Positions 37,101 through 49,111 of a DNA stretch of 64,000 nt are shown here, one piece after another (the first letter of the stretch is position 1; every line of letters begins with the position of its first letter). Origin of the DNA: Elsinoe ampelina (taxonomy: Eukaryota); NCBI GenBank assembly GCA_010093995.1, contig ML992510.1:323504-387503 (forward strand), written 5' to 3'. The notes beneath the pieces were generated by a model. That model was not told the DNA's origin. It did not search any database and was given only the letters and a program-made list of their open reading frames with translations. Made by a program: the position numbers and the translations under genes.

Positions 37101-40100
37101 TAGACAAACGTTTACTACTAGGCTATAGTAAAGACTGTTCTATAGTCTAATACTACTTCTTCTAGAATACTATACTCTAGTATAATTCGATCGAAAAATA
37201 GCTCGGTAAGCTACTAGGCTATAATTGTCTTCTAGCACGGGATATACTTTACTATCTTAGTAAGTCGATCTACTACTATAAGTACTACGTCGTATACGAC
37301 GCTATTTAGCTTACTTAGAGGCATATCTATAATAAAGTCTATTATTAACTCTTTCTATAGCGCCTTAGGTATTAGCAAATTTACAAGCTTACTATAAGGG
37401 GCATAGGTCCGAGTCTTTATAGTTTAGTATATATAGCACGTCTTAACGTAGTTATCGACATTATAATATATACTAGGCTAGTAGTACTTTCTAGCTAAGA
37501 GTTTATATGTTTTATTACAAGCGAAGTAACTACTATTAAACTTATTATAGTACTACTATAGTAACTCTATATAGAGTGCTATATCTTCCGGTATATATAT
37601 AGCATTGTCCTTATATAGAAGTTTACCCTTTTAATACTATACTAGGGAGCCTCTATTAGCTCTCCGAATAGGGGAGTTTACGCGCCGCTACGCTATTAAA
37701 TTCTACTTCTATAGACTATAGATAGCTTCGAGAAGCTAGTCGCTAGAACTCTCTCTCTATAGATTTTCCTCTTCTATTACTACTATAGTAGTAACATAAG
37801 ATATTAATCTTAGTATCGTGCCTAATTAGTATAGCCTTGCCTCTCTATGCTTTAACTACTTACTTTGCAGCTAGTTAGGCTAGTTAGCTTCTAGAGAACT
37901 ACCTCTAGCGTTCTTAGTATCTCTTTTATATTTAGACTTATTTTCTAGAAACTCCTTAGAGTTCCTCTAGTCCTTATTTACGTTCGAACAACTAGTATAT
38001 ACTATATAGACAGTTACGTCTACGCCTTCTTCTAAAGTAGCGCCCCTTAAGTGTTCTAATAAGGATATATAGATCTACTATACTATACCGCCTATAGCTA
38101 GCTAGCTAGCCTTTAGCTTCGACTATAAAGTTAGTAGGCTATTTATAAGGCCTATCTTATCTACTATTAGGTTAGAACGATATAAGAGAGCATTTACTAG
38201 GTTCTTAGAGCCCGCGTAGTACTTAATTACAAAGTTAAATACCTATAGATATATAGCCTACTAGGCCTAGCGACTGTTTAAATGCTTCGTCGTTATAAAG
38301 TACCTTAGGTTATTATAATTAGAGATTACCTAGACTAGGTCCGGAGCACTCTCGTAGTAGTGTCTTTACTACTTAAATACCTCTATAATAGAGAGAAGCT
38401 TCTAATTGTAGGTCTCGTAGTTCTATTCTATAGGGAGTAGCTTATAAGACTAGAAAGTAATAGAGTGCTATTTACTAGTGTCCCTAACTAGAACTAACTA
38501 GGAGATAATTGCTCTAAGTGCTAGCTTAGACGTATTAGTCTCGATCTTAATTAGCCTAGACAGCTTATAGTGCCTAAGCACTAGCGCCTTAGTAAAGGCC
38601 TTCTAGATAGTCTCGAATGTCTTTTATTCTAGGGTAGCCTACTTCTAGAGTGCTAATTGCTTTCCTTTCTATAACCCCTTAAATAACACTATTAAGACCC
38701 TTATAATCTTTAAATAGTTCTAGATAAACCTTCGATAGAAGTTAGTAAAGCTAAGAAACTACTAAACCTTGTAGTAACTCCTAGGAGTTAGCTAATCTAT
38801 AATTGTAGAAACTCTCTAGGGGTCTATTATAACTCCCTTAGTAGTTACTATAAAGCCTAAGAACTTAATCTTCTTTTTAAAGAAGTTACACTTCTTTTTA
38901 AAGAAGTTACACTTCTTTAGGTTCGCATATAACGTAAACTGCCTTAACCTCTCTAGTACCTTCTCTAGGTACTTCTCGTACTTCTCTATAGAGTTACTAT
39001 AGATTAGAATATTGTCTAAATACACTATATAGAAGTTGTCGACTAGCCCTGTAAGTGCTTAGTTAATATAGGCCTAGAACATAGCTAGGGTGTTAGTTAA
39101 GCTAAAAGGTATAACTATGTACTTAAAGTGGCTATAGTAAGTTTAGAAAGTAGTTTTCTACTTATCTCCGGCCTTAATTCTAATACGGTAGTATATATCC
39201 TTTAGATTAAGCTTAGAGTACACTACTACTTTACCTAGCCTATTAAGCGTCTTACTAATTAAGGGCAAAGAGTGTCGATTCTTAATAGTAATAGCGTTTA
39301 AGCTATAGTAGTTAACGTATAGGCGTAGACTACTATCTTTCTTTAGAACGAAAAGGATTAGTGCGCTAGCTAGACTCTCCGACCTATAGATCTATTCTTT
39401 AGCTAGCGTATTATCGAGATACTTATAGAGCACTATAAGTTCCTTTACTAAGAGGTTATAAAGGGGTCGAAAGAGAGGTTATTTCTCTTCCGTTAGATCG
39501 ATAGAGTACACTACACTGTCTATAGTATATATATATATAGAGTCGATAATAAATATATTACTAAACTCTTTTATATAGGGTAGTAGGTTTATAGCCCCGC
39601 TAGGTAGTTTCTCTATAAAGGATCTAGCTACCTTCCGAACTATTATATCTAGTGTTATATCGAACACTACTAGAGTAAATCCTTAGTTCCTAGTAAGTAG
39701 AAGGTTTATAAACTTCTTCGCTTATACTACTCTAACGCTAGCGACGTTATAGCTATATCTCTACTAGTTAGTATAGCTGTCTATTATAACACCTTAGTTA
39801 TAACGCTATAGCCTACTAAGAATAATAGGAGAGCTAGTTTCTAACGTATAGAAAACGCCTTTCAACTCTTACGTTACTCTAGTGTTATCTATAAGGTATA
39901 AGTCTACTTCGTAGGCGCTATAATAGTAAGTCTTCTTTCCCTAGAAGCCTCTTACCTAAGGGTACTCTACGTCTGCCTTTTGTAAGTTATACTAGAGTAT
40001 AAACGCTAGGTTAATAATGTTAATATTAGCTATGTTATTTAAGAGCACCTTAACCTTAACCTTACTATCGGGGCTAAGAACTAAGCTTAAGTAAGCCTAT

Positions 40101-41623
40101 ACCGGAAGTACTATAGAAGCTCTATAGCTCCGGGGTAGGCTTCTCTAGCGTTCTATAACGTGTTACGTAGGTATAGGCGTACTACCCTTTACCTTTACAT
40201 TCCTAACGTTACTACCTCTCTTGCTACTACTATTCCGGCTCGAATCTAGCTTCTTAGGACAGGAGTAGGCGTAGTGCTCTTTCTTATAATAGTAGAAATA
40301 CTTGCCTATAGAACTCCCTTAAGAATTGTTTCTACCGCCGGCCTAATAGCTAGCCCTCTAGTAAGCACCTCTCTACTAGCCCTTACTCTTACCTTTACTC
40401 TTCTACTTGTCTTCTCTCTCGCCTCTAGAGCGCTTCCTGTAATTGCCGCCGGACGCCTCTAAGGAGGCTCTATAGTACTTCTATTAGTTGTAGTCTTTGC
40501 TCTAGGTAAGGTTCTTAAGAGTAGAGGCTTATATAACAAGCTCTATATAAGTAGTTAGTACATTAGAGAACTATAGAATCTACTTACGTAGATCGGGCAA
40601 TAGTTTAGCTAGGTAGTACTAAGCTAGGTACTTACTATTATACTTTAGCTCGATTATCTCTTCTAGAGATACTAATTAATTAGAGAACTTCTAGACGCTC
40701 TTATTGTTCTTCTAGTAGTAGCTATAATAGAATAGAACTACGTTTATTTCTTAGTTAATAGAGTCTTCTACTTAATTATTAACGAAGCTTAAGAAGTTTC
40801 CTTTATATAAGAGACAATACTAGTTTATCGATTCTAGCGTGTAGAGGCGTTCCTATATCTCCTAGAGAGACAAGAAAAGGTATATTACTACGTAAGTAAT
40901 ACGTTATTAGTCTAAATTCTCCGGATTAGAGAACTATATCGGTTCGTAGTTAAAGACTATCTAGAGGCTTCTTCTAAAGGCCTAAGCCTCGGAGATGCTC
41001 TTAGCCTTATATAGCTCTAGCTCCTTAGCCTTAGTTAATAGCCCCCTAGTTATTAGCGTTATAGATTAACCTATAGTAGGTAGACCTATTAATACTAGCC
41101 CCGGAGGTACTAAAGGAACTACTTCGGTAGTTATCTAGCCTCTAGCCGGAGTAGCACTAGCATATTAAAGTCGATTATAGTTCTATACTAAATTTTTAAC
41201 TTTGTCTAGCTAGGCTATTATTACTTCTAACATAAGAGCTACGCGGCTACTATTGCTACTAGTAGAAGTATGCCTCTCTTAGCTATCTCTATTATCTCCT
41301 AGCTCTTTTAACATTCTTAACTAAGAATATAAGACGTCCTTAATAATACTACTATCTGTCTAGACGAGTTTTAAATTAGAATAATCTTATATAATTTAAT
41401 CGTCTATAGTAATAATTCTATAGGCTACAACTAAAGGGAGCTATTAGAACTATAAGGATAGGTATATAGTGACGTATAGAACTACCGATATCTATAAGCT
41501 AGATAGATAGATAAACTAATAGCTGCCTTTATTCGTAGTAGCCGGAGGCTATATAGAAGGTAGCTAGAGAGAGTTTATTACGTAATAGACTTAGCTAGAG
41601 CTACATACCGAGTCTCCCCTATA
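34148..41623 (-). mobile_element. Complete Gypsy chromovirus family C, TSD GTTAC
   Basis: 173-bp LTRs lie at 34148-34320 and 41451-41623, with TSD gttac at 34143-34147 and 41624-41628. A minus-strand PPT agaggggagataat sits next to the left LTR. RT YLD(N) is at ~39010-39025, followed by integrase and a chromodomain EYEVEQIL..VLWKGY..EATWEP at ~36350-36470. Confidence 0.96.
34900..36175 (+). pseudogene. Antisense accessory gene of Gypsy C: Cys-rich N-terminus, intron-like segments, Lys/Pro/Ala-rich region
   Basis: De-RIP gives CHKC (35025-35036) ... C ... KKCDRC (35157-35174). Intron-like segments are at 35215-35273 (gtaagt..tactaat..tag) and 35362-35407 (gtat..gctaac..tag), then EPKKPVKPATPKKPKARK at ~35500-35560. 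Exact splice phases are not resolved. Confidence 0.6.
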
Positions 41624-41817
41624 GTTACTTAGTGCTATATAGCTACTAGCTACTTAAAAGGTTAGCTTAGCTATAATTAGGACTTATATACTAAAAGCGC
41701 TAGTATTATACCCTTATAGAGTCTAATATAGTTTATAAGGGCTTAGTATTAGAGTAGCACTTAGTAGTAGCTAGTTCCGCTTACGTAACGTACTTAAATA
41801 TTCTACGTAGCGCTTAC

Positions 41818-44800
41818 TATAAGGACTAATATAGTAAGTACGCTATACTAGCTTACCCTAGAGATACTATTCTCTATAGAAGAATAAAACACTTCTCGCC
41901 TATAGAATAGATAGAGTAGAGATTAGTCTTACGACAATCGAGAGTATACTAGTATAACACCTATTCTACTCCTATATACTTATCTTTCTAGCTCTAATAT
42001 TCTACCTCTATTACAATTCTAATCTCTCTTATATCCTATTAGATAGAGCTATACGGATAAGATAGTACCCTATACTTAGCACTAGTAAAATAACTAACTA
42101 CCGCTAGAGTAGTACTAGTATAGATAACTCCTTAATAGCTTAGCTATTAGCGAGACATTTACCGAATTAGCTATAACCCTAGAGATAACCCCTATTAAAG
42201 ATTGCTAGGCTAGGGAAGAGCTAGCGCTAAGACTATACTACGCTAATATAGCTCCTATAGAAAGTATAGCTAACACGGGAAATAATGCTATATATAAAGC
42301 GCTTCTTACTTATATCGCTTAGCTCGAAAATATACTTAGTAGTTGCTTTCTAGTTATAGCGCCGATGCTATATAGTTGTTTTAATAACGTATAACCTAAC
42401 GATATCTGCCTAATAAACCTATAAATCGTAAGAGAGCGTATACTAAACTTACGCTACTCTAAGGCCTTAGAGTCTACTATTATAGTAAGAGTTAAGGAAT
42501 TTATATATATATATAATAATGTCTTTAAGATAGTGCCGAATATCTACTTTAAAGAAGTTACTTAGTACTATATAGCTACTAGCTACTTAAAAGGTTAGCT
42601 TAGCTATAATTAGAACTTATATACTAAGAGCGCTAGTATTATACTCTTATAGAGCCTAATATAGTTCTAGCTTTAGGACTAAGCCTAGAGTTCTAAAAAC
42701 TGTAGTAATAGCTATATAGTAAAGTTCTTTATGTTATACTAGCGTAGAGAATAGTTAATTACTAATTTCTATATGTTTCTCGATAGTTATAAGTTCTATA
42801 TTAAGATAGCGCCGCTCCTAGATAATACCTACTATATATAGCTTATTACCTATACTACGCCGGAGCTACGCTCGGAAGTACTCTATTAGAGAAACCTACC
42901 CCTAATTAAGGTAGAACTTCTAGTATATCTATCCCGTTTAGAGTAGAACCTACTAGGCTACTTTAACTCTATATAGGGGTAGTATAAGTATAACGCTAGA
43001 GAGAAGACTAATACTTTTACTAAAAGGCCTTACTATAACGAAGACTATAAGGGCTAAAAGGATTAGTAGAGTAGCGCTAACGCTACCTCTATAGCTCCCT
43101 AACCTAGCGCTACTTACTCTTATAACATCTATAAGAGCCTAGACTATTAGGCGCCGAACTGTCCTTAGAAGAACTCTTTAAAACGGATAGTGTCCTTACG
43201 TTTACTAATTCTAAGTAGCTCTAGCGTAATATAGAATATACGCTAAATTTGCACTAACGTTATAGTTAACCTACCTAAAGGCCCTATTAAAGGGGTAGCC
43301 CTAATAGATAGTAGTACTAATAGTAACTTTATTAGCTAGTATTTTGCTATACGCTATTATATCGCTATTAACCCTCTAGTAGTATACTAAGTATATAGCT
43401 AAGATAAATACGAATTAACTACCTATAGATATACTAAGTTAGCCTTTACTATTAAGGATAGTAAAGGAATAACGTAGGCGTCGCGCTAGCGGTTTAAAAG
43501 CGTTAATATAACTAGTTATAATCTTATATTAGGCCTACTATAGCTATTGTCCTATAACTCTAAGATTTAGTAGAGCGCTAGTATATAGAGGCATTATACT
43601 AGCGCTATATAGGTATCGATCCTAGATGTACTCTCCTTCTCTTAGGAGCTAAATTAGCCTAACGCCTAGCTCTACCTAGTATATATACGCTAGGACAAAC
43701 CTAGCGCCCCGACTCTACTATACTAGCTTAATAACTACATAGATGTTTTTAATAAGAGTATAGTAATAGCGCTACTAGGTAATAATTTTACTTACTCTAT
43801 CGATATAAAAGAGGGAAAATAGCTACCCTAGGGACCTATCTACCCCCTTAGTAAGAAGGAGCTTTAGGTACTTCGAGAGTATATAGATAATAGCTTAGCG
43901 ACGGGTTAACTCTAGTATAGTACTAGCTCTACGGGGTCTTCTATTCTATTCGTTCCTAAGAAGAATAGTTCGCTATGCCTATATATTAACTATTGTAGGC
44001 TAAATAATATTACTATTAAGAACTATTACTTCTTACCCTTAATTACTAAGATGCTTAATTACATTAAGGGTATATACTTATTTAGTAAGCTAGACCTTAT
44101 AGATGCCTACTATAAGGTATATATCTAGCGTAGTAATAAATAGAAGATAGTGTTCTACTATTACTATAGCTACTTTAAATATACTATTATACCTTTTAGC
44201 CTTACTAACGCCCTAGCTACGTTCTAGGCTTATATATATTAGTACTTAAGTAGCTTAGTAGACTACTACTATATTATATATCTAGACGATATTCTAATCT
44301 ACGCCGGCGATAAGTAAGAGTATCGCCTAGCTATTAGAAGTATACTAGACTACCTATGTAAGAATAGCCTCTATATAAAACTAAAGAAGTATATCTTCGA
44401 GGTAATATAGGTAGTATTTCTAAGCTACGTTATTAGTAGTAATAGCGTTACGATAGGGTAGCCCTAGGTATAAGCCGTTACTAACTAGCCTACCCCTACT
44501 AGCCTTAAGAAGTTATAAACCTTTCTTGGATTTACTAATTTCTACTATTAATTTATTAAGAGCTTCTTCTACGTAGCGCTACTACTAACTATACTTATAT
44601 AAGAGTTAGTCTAAGAGAAGTAAGTAGGTCTATTTCTATAGAGTAATAACGTAGTATAGGCCTTTAATAGGCTTAAAGCTACCTTTACGTAAGTGCCTAT
44701 ACTACGCTACTTTTTATTAGGTAAGCCTCTCTAGCTCGAGACTAACGCTTTAGATTTTATACTCTCTAGAGTAATCTCCTAGTAAAATAAAAGTAATACT

Positions 44801-47800
44801 CCTATATAACACTAGTACTCTATAGCGTTCTAGTCCTAGAAGCTATAAGGTATAGAACTAAACTATACTACCTATAATAAAGAGCTTCTCGCTATTATAG
44901 AAGTAGTATAGCACTAGCGCTAGTACTTACTTAGCGCTACTACCCTAATTAAAGTTCTCTTTAACTATAATAACCTTAGGTATTTCCTAACTACTAAGAA
45001 GCTTTTATAGCGCTAGGCCTACTACGCCGAGGTACTAGCGTAGTTCGATATAGTTATCTAGTACTATAGTAGAAAGACTAACTTAGCTAATAGCCTATTA
45101 CATAGGCCTAACTACTATAAGTATAAAGAAGGTATATAGGAAGAGCGCTATACGTTAGTCCCTCTCTTAGAGTAAGTATTATAAATATAAAGCGAAGGAG
45201 TTATACCTATATCTATTATAGATAAGGAACCTAAGGCTAGTAGAGCCTAGGAAGATAGTAATAAAGCTAGTATAGCTTATATGCCTTAAACTACTCCCTA
45301 ACGTAATATACTTATATAATTCTAGTATACCTCTAGAATAGTACCTATAAGTCTACCTATTACCTTAAGGAGCGCTATAGCTATACTAAGAAGAGTTAGA
45401 GTCTCTAGAGTAAGAAGAGTAGTACTTAGAGAGTACTTATGTAAATCTTCCTCTAAGCTTAACTAGTAATATTAAATTAGAACGATATACGCCTACTCTA
45501 GTATCCTAGAACGTACTACTACTTGCCTAGGAAATAATAGAGAGCTAAGGGTATAAAGACGATATAACACCTACGTAACTCTAGGACACCTCTAGTAGAA
45601 AGCTTACTATAATTTTAGACTAGAGTCGGTAGATTATATACCTCTATACTATGTAAGTACTAGTAGATAAGACTACGTATACTCCTTCTACTCCTATATT
45701 ACTCTAGAACCTTATCTACGCGGTATAATAAAGAAATACCTTTACTTATAGTAAGAAATAGAAACTTCTAAAAGAGAGAACCTTAACTAGTAATAGTACT
45801 ACCCCTAAGTAGAGCCTATCTAGTAATAGCTTACTCCGGAACGGAGATAGAGTATATATCCTAGAAGAAACTACCTTAAGAGTAGAGCTTATATAGTACA
45901 ATTATAATAACCTCTTAGGGAGTTACTTTAGCTATATAAAGACCTACCTTAATATAAGGAGGAAGTACTAGTAGCTAGGTATATCCGTTGCTACGAAAGT
46001 ATATATTAAGCACTACAACAGCTACTAAAGGTATAAGGTAACGCGGTATAAGCCTTATAGCCTTCTATAACTCTTACTAATCCTACCTATACTCGAGGCC
46101 TTATAATACTAGTCGCTTAATTTTATTACTAGCTTACCCCTAGTAGAGCTCTAGCCTAGCGTTGTTATAGATATAATTATTATATATATCTATTACTTAT
46201 CTAAGTTTAGTATCTATACGCCGACGTTAACTAAGCTTAATACTAGGGACTTTACTAATCTATTTAAAATAGATATTATAACGTTGTTTAGAACGCTAAA
46301 GACACTAGTCTTAGATAGAGAGTCTATCTTTATAAGCAAATTCTAGAGTATACTATACTAGCGCTAGAAGGCGTAACATAAGCTTAGTACTAGTTTCTAT
46401 CCGTAGATAGATAGCTAAACTAAAAGGCAAAACTAGACGCTAGAGTAGTACCTACGCTACTTTATCGACTATTACTAGACGGACTAGCTATACTAGGTTA
46501 AGTAGGCATAATTCGTATATAATAACACGTATTAAGTGTTACTATACGCTACGCTAGTGTAGTTCTTATTTATATAGGAGATACACCTACCTAATAACAT
46601 TAAGGCGCTAGTACTACCTAGCTATACGCTAGCGTATAACCTATTAGTTAATAACTAAGTATAATCTATTACCGAAACGCGCGCGGAGCTTGCCTAACAC
46701 CTATATAAAGTATAGAAAGACTAAGTACTAGCCTATAATAGAGGTTAATAAGTAAAAGTCTTCTATAATAGTAACAAGGTTATACTTAGTACTAAGAACC
46801 TTTATAGCGCTAGACCTAGCTATAAGCTATTAGCTAAGTATATTAGCCTATTTATAATTATATAACAAATTAGTACGTAGGTATATAAGCTACACTTACT
46901 AGACAAGATAAAGCTAATCTATAACATCTTTAACATTATACTACTAGAGCTATATAGGCGTAGTAAGGGCATACGCCTACTACCCCTAGAGGTAGAAGAG
47001 TAGGAAGAATATATTATTAAATATATCTTTAGTAAGAGCTATACTAGTACCCTAAAGGCGCTATACTACCTAGTAAAGTAGTAGAGTTACTCTATAGAAG
47101 AAAGTATATAGGAGCTAGCAAAAAACCTTATAAACGCTAAGGAATTACTATATAAATACGAGGTAGCTTAGCGTAAGTATAGCGCTAGCTAAATACTCTA
47201 GATATACTTAGGATTAACAAGTTAAAAATACAAATTTTAAAGTAAAGAGTACCTAGGCGTAGCACTAGGTTAGCTTAGAGTATTATTAGCTTACGTAGAG
47301 AAAATGCTAGCGTAGTAAAAACTATAGAATTATACTAAAGTAAAGGGGGTATAGCATAGGCGTAGCGCTCTAGCCCCCCCTACCTTAACTATCTATATTA
47401 TCTACCTTAGTCTTATTCTTATTATTCTCCTTAACACTATTAATACGCCTAGTTAGCGCCCTTATAGCGTTATTAATCGCCTACGTAGTAGTAGCTTACT
47501 TATTCTTAGTAACTATCTATAGGGAAGTTAGCGTAGCTTAGGCGTTATAGAGGCACACTTCTAGACTTATATAATTAGCTAAAGCCTTAAGCATAAAGCT
47601 AGTATTACTAATTATACCTAGGTATAGCGCCTTCGCTAGCTACTTAGTGTCGACTTTAAGAGTAGAGGGCGTAGTAATAGCGCTATTATAGTATAAAGAA
47701 GTTATACTATTACTATTACTCTTATTAACTACCTTACTCTTACTCTTAGTATTAGACTTACTCTATATACGCTTAGCGCTAGTCTTCTCATATATATAGT

Positions 47801-49111
47801 TAGTATAGGTAGTAATCTAGCACTTTAAAAGAATAACGTTCTTCTTAAAAGTAGTAGCATCATTACGGAGTAGTATATATATAGTAAAGTATTTATCCTA
47901 GAGCTTCTTAGTAGTAACTTAATCCTTAGAGTTAAGCTTAGTAGGCTACTAAGATTAGTATAAAGTAGACACAGCATAGACATAAAGTATACCTAGTAGT
48001 AGTATTTATTACTATAACTATAACAATTATAGTAGGTAGCCTTAGCCTTAGTAATCTAGTAGAGAGGATCCTTAATAGAGAGTATACTATCTTTAAGCTA
48101 GAGGTACTTATTAATAGTAATAGCATAGTATAAGCATAGTATAGAGTACTAGTCCTAGTTAGTAAAATTGCTCTTATAAGGTCTATAAAAGGTTAGCGCT
48201 AGCGTAGCGTAAGTACTATATATAATACTTACTCCTTAGGAACTTTAGGAGCTGTAGTTATTAAAGTACGTAAGTATATAGGAGGTAAGCTAGCGTAGAG
48301 CTAGAATAACAAAGGAAAAAAAAAATTACTACGTAGGTACTACGCTAGGTTAGTAAATAAATAACTAAATAGATAAGCCCGATAGCTAGATCTATAGTAG
48401 CGTAGGCTTAGTATATACGCTAAGTCTCCCCTACTAGCCCTTAGGCTAGTAAGGCCTAGTCTATACTATATAGTACCTAAAATAGATTACTAGTATAGTA
48501 TTAGACCTATATAAGTATAGAGCTAGTGTTAAGTAGGATACTTATACGAAGGAAGTGTTATAAAGGAGAAAAGAAGAAGAGAAGGAGAAGAGAAGAATAT
48601 ATATCTAGCTCTAAGCTAAGACTAATCTAGAGAATAATAGGTAGTAGTATATAATAATAGATAGATTCTTATATATAAAGATAATAACGTAAGAGCGCTA
48701 TATTCTATATATAAAGAATTATACTATTGTTACTATATCCGGCATATAAAGAATAGTATAGGCTACTATAGGTATGCTATATATACGAAGAGTGCGCTAC
48801 GCCTAAGAGGCGCTAGTAAGATACTCTTTCCTAGTTTTCTCCTATACTAGGTTTTCTAGGTTTTATTAAGGCTTATAGGTATAAGGGTATACCCCTTAAA
48901 GAGGAAGAATAATTATAAGGACTAATATAGTAAGTATACTACGCTAGCTTACCCTAGAGATACTATTCTCTATAGGAGAATAAAACACTTCTCGCCTATA
49001 GAATAGATAGAGTAGAGATTAGTCTTACAATAATCGAGGGTATACTAGTATAATACCTGTTCTACTCCTATATACTTGTCTTCCTAGCTCTAATATTCTA
49101 CCTCTATTATA
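41818..49111 (+). mobile_element. Complete Gypsy chromovirus family B, TSD CTTAC, inserted in the 5' LTR of A
   Basis: 198-bp LTRs lie at 41818-42015 and 48914-49111, with TSD cttac at 41813-41817 and 49112-49116. Protease LIDSG is at ~43300, RT YLDD is still intact at ~44279-44290, the chromodomain is at ~47005-47120 and the PPT is aaagaggaagaataat. Confidence 0.96.
47330..48200 (-). pseudogene. Antisense accessory gene of Gypsy B: Zn-cluster-like Cys motif followed by an intron
   Basis: Minus-strand de-RIP gives C-L-R-C (48136-48125)-x21-C-x9-C-x2-C-x6-C, then an intron at 47992-~47946 (gtatac..tactaat..tag). Boundaries approximate. Confidence 0.6.

Noticed and set aside
38816..39025. 69-aa RT ORF as an active gene
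   Set aside because: A fragment of element C RT with mutated catalytic YLDN, flanked by stops.
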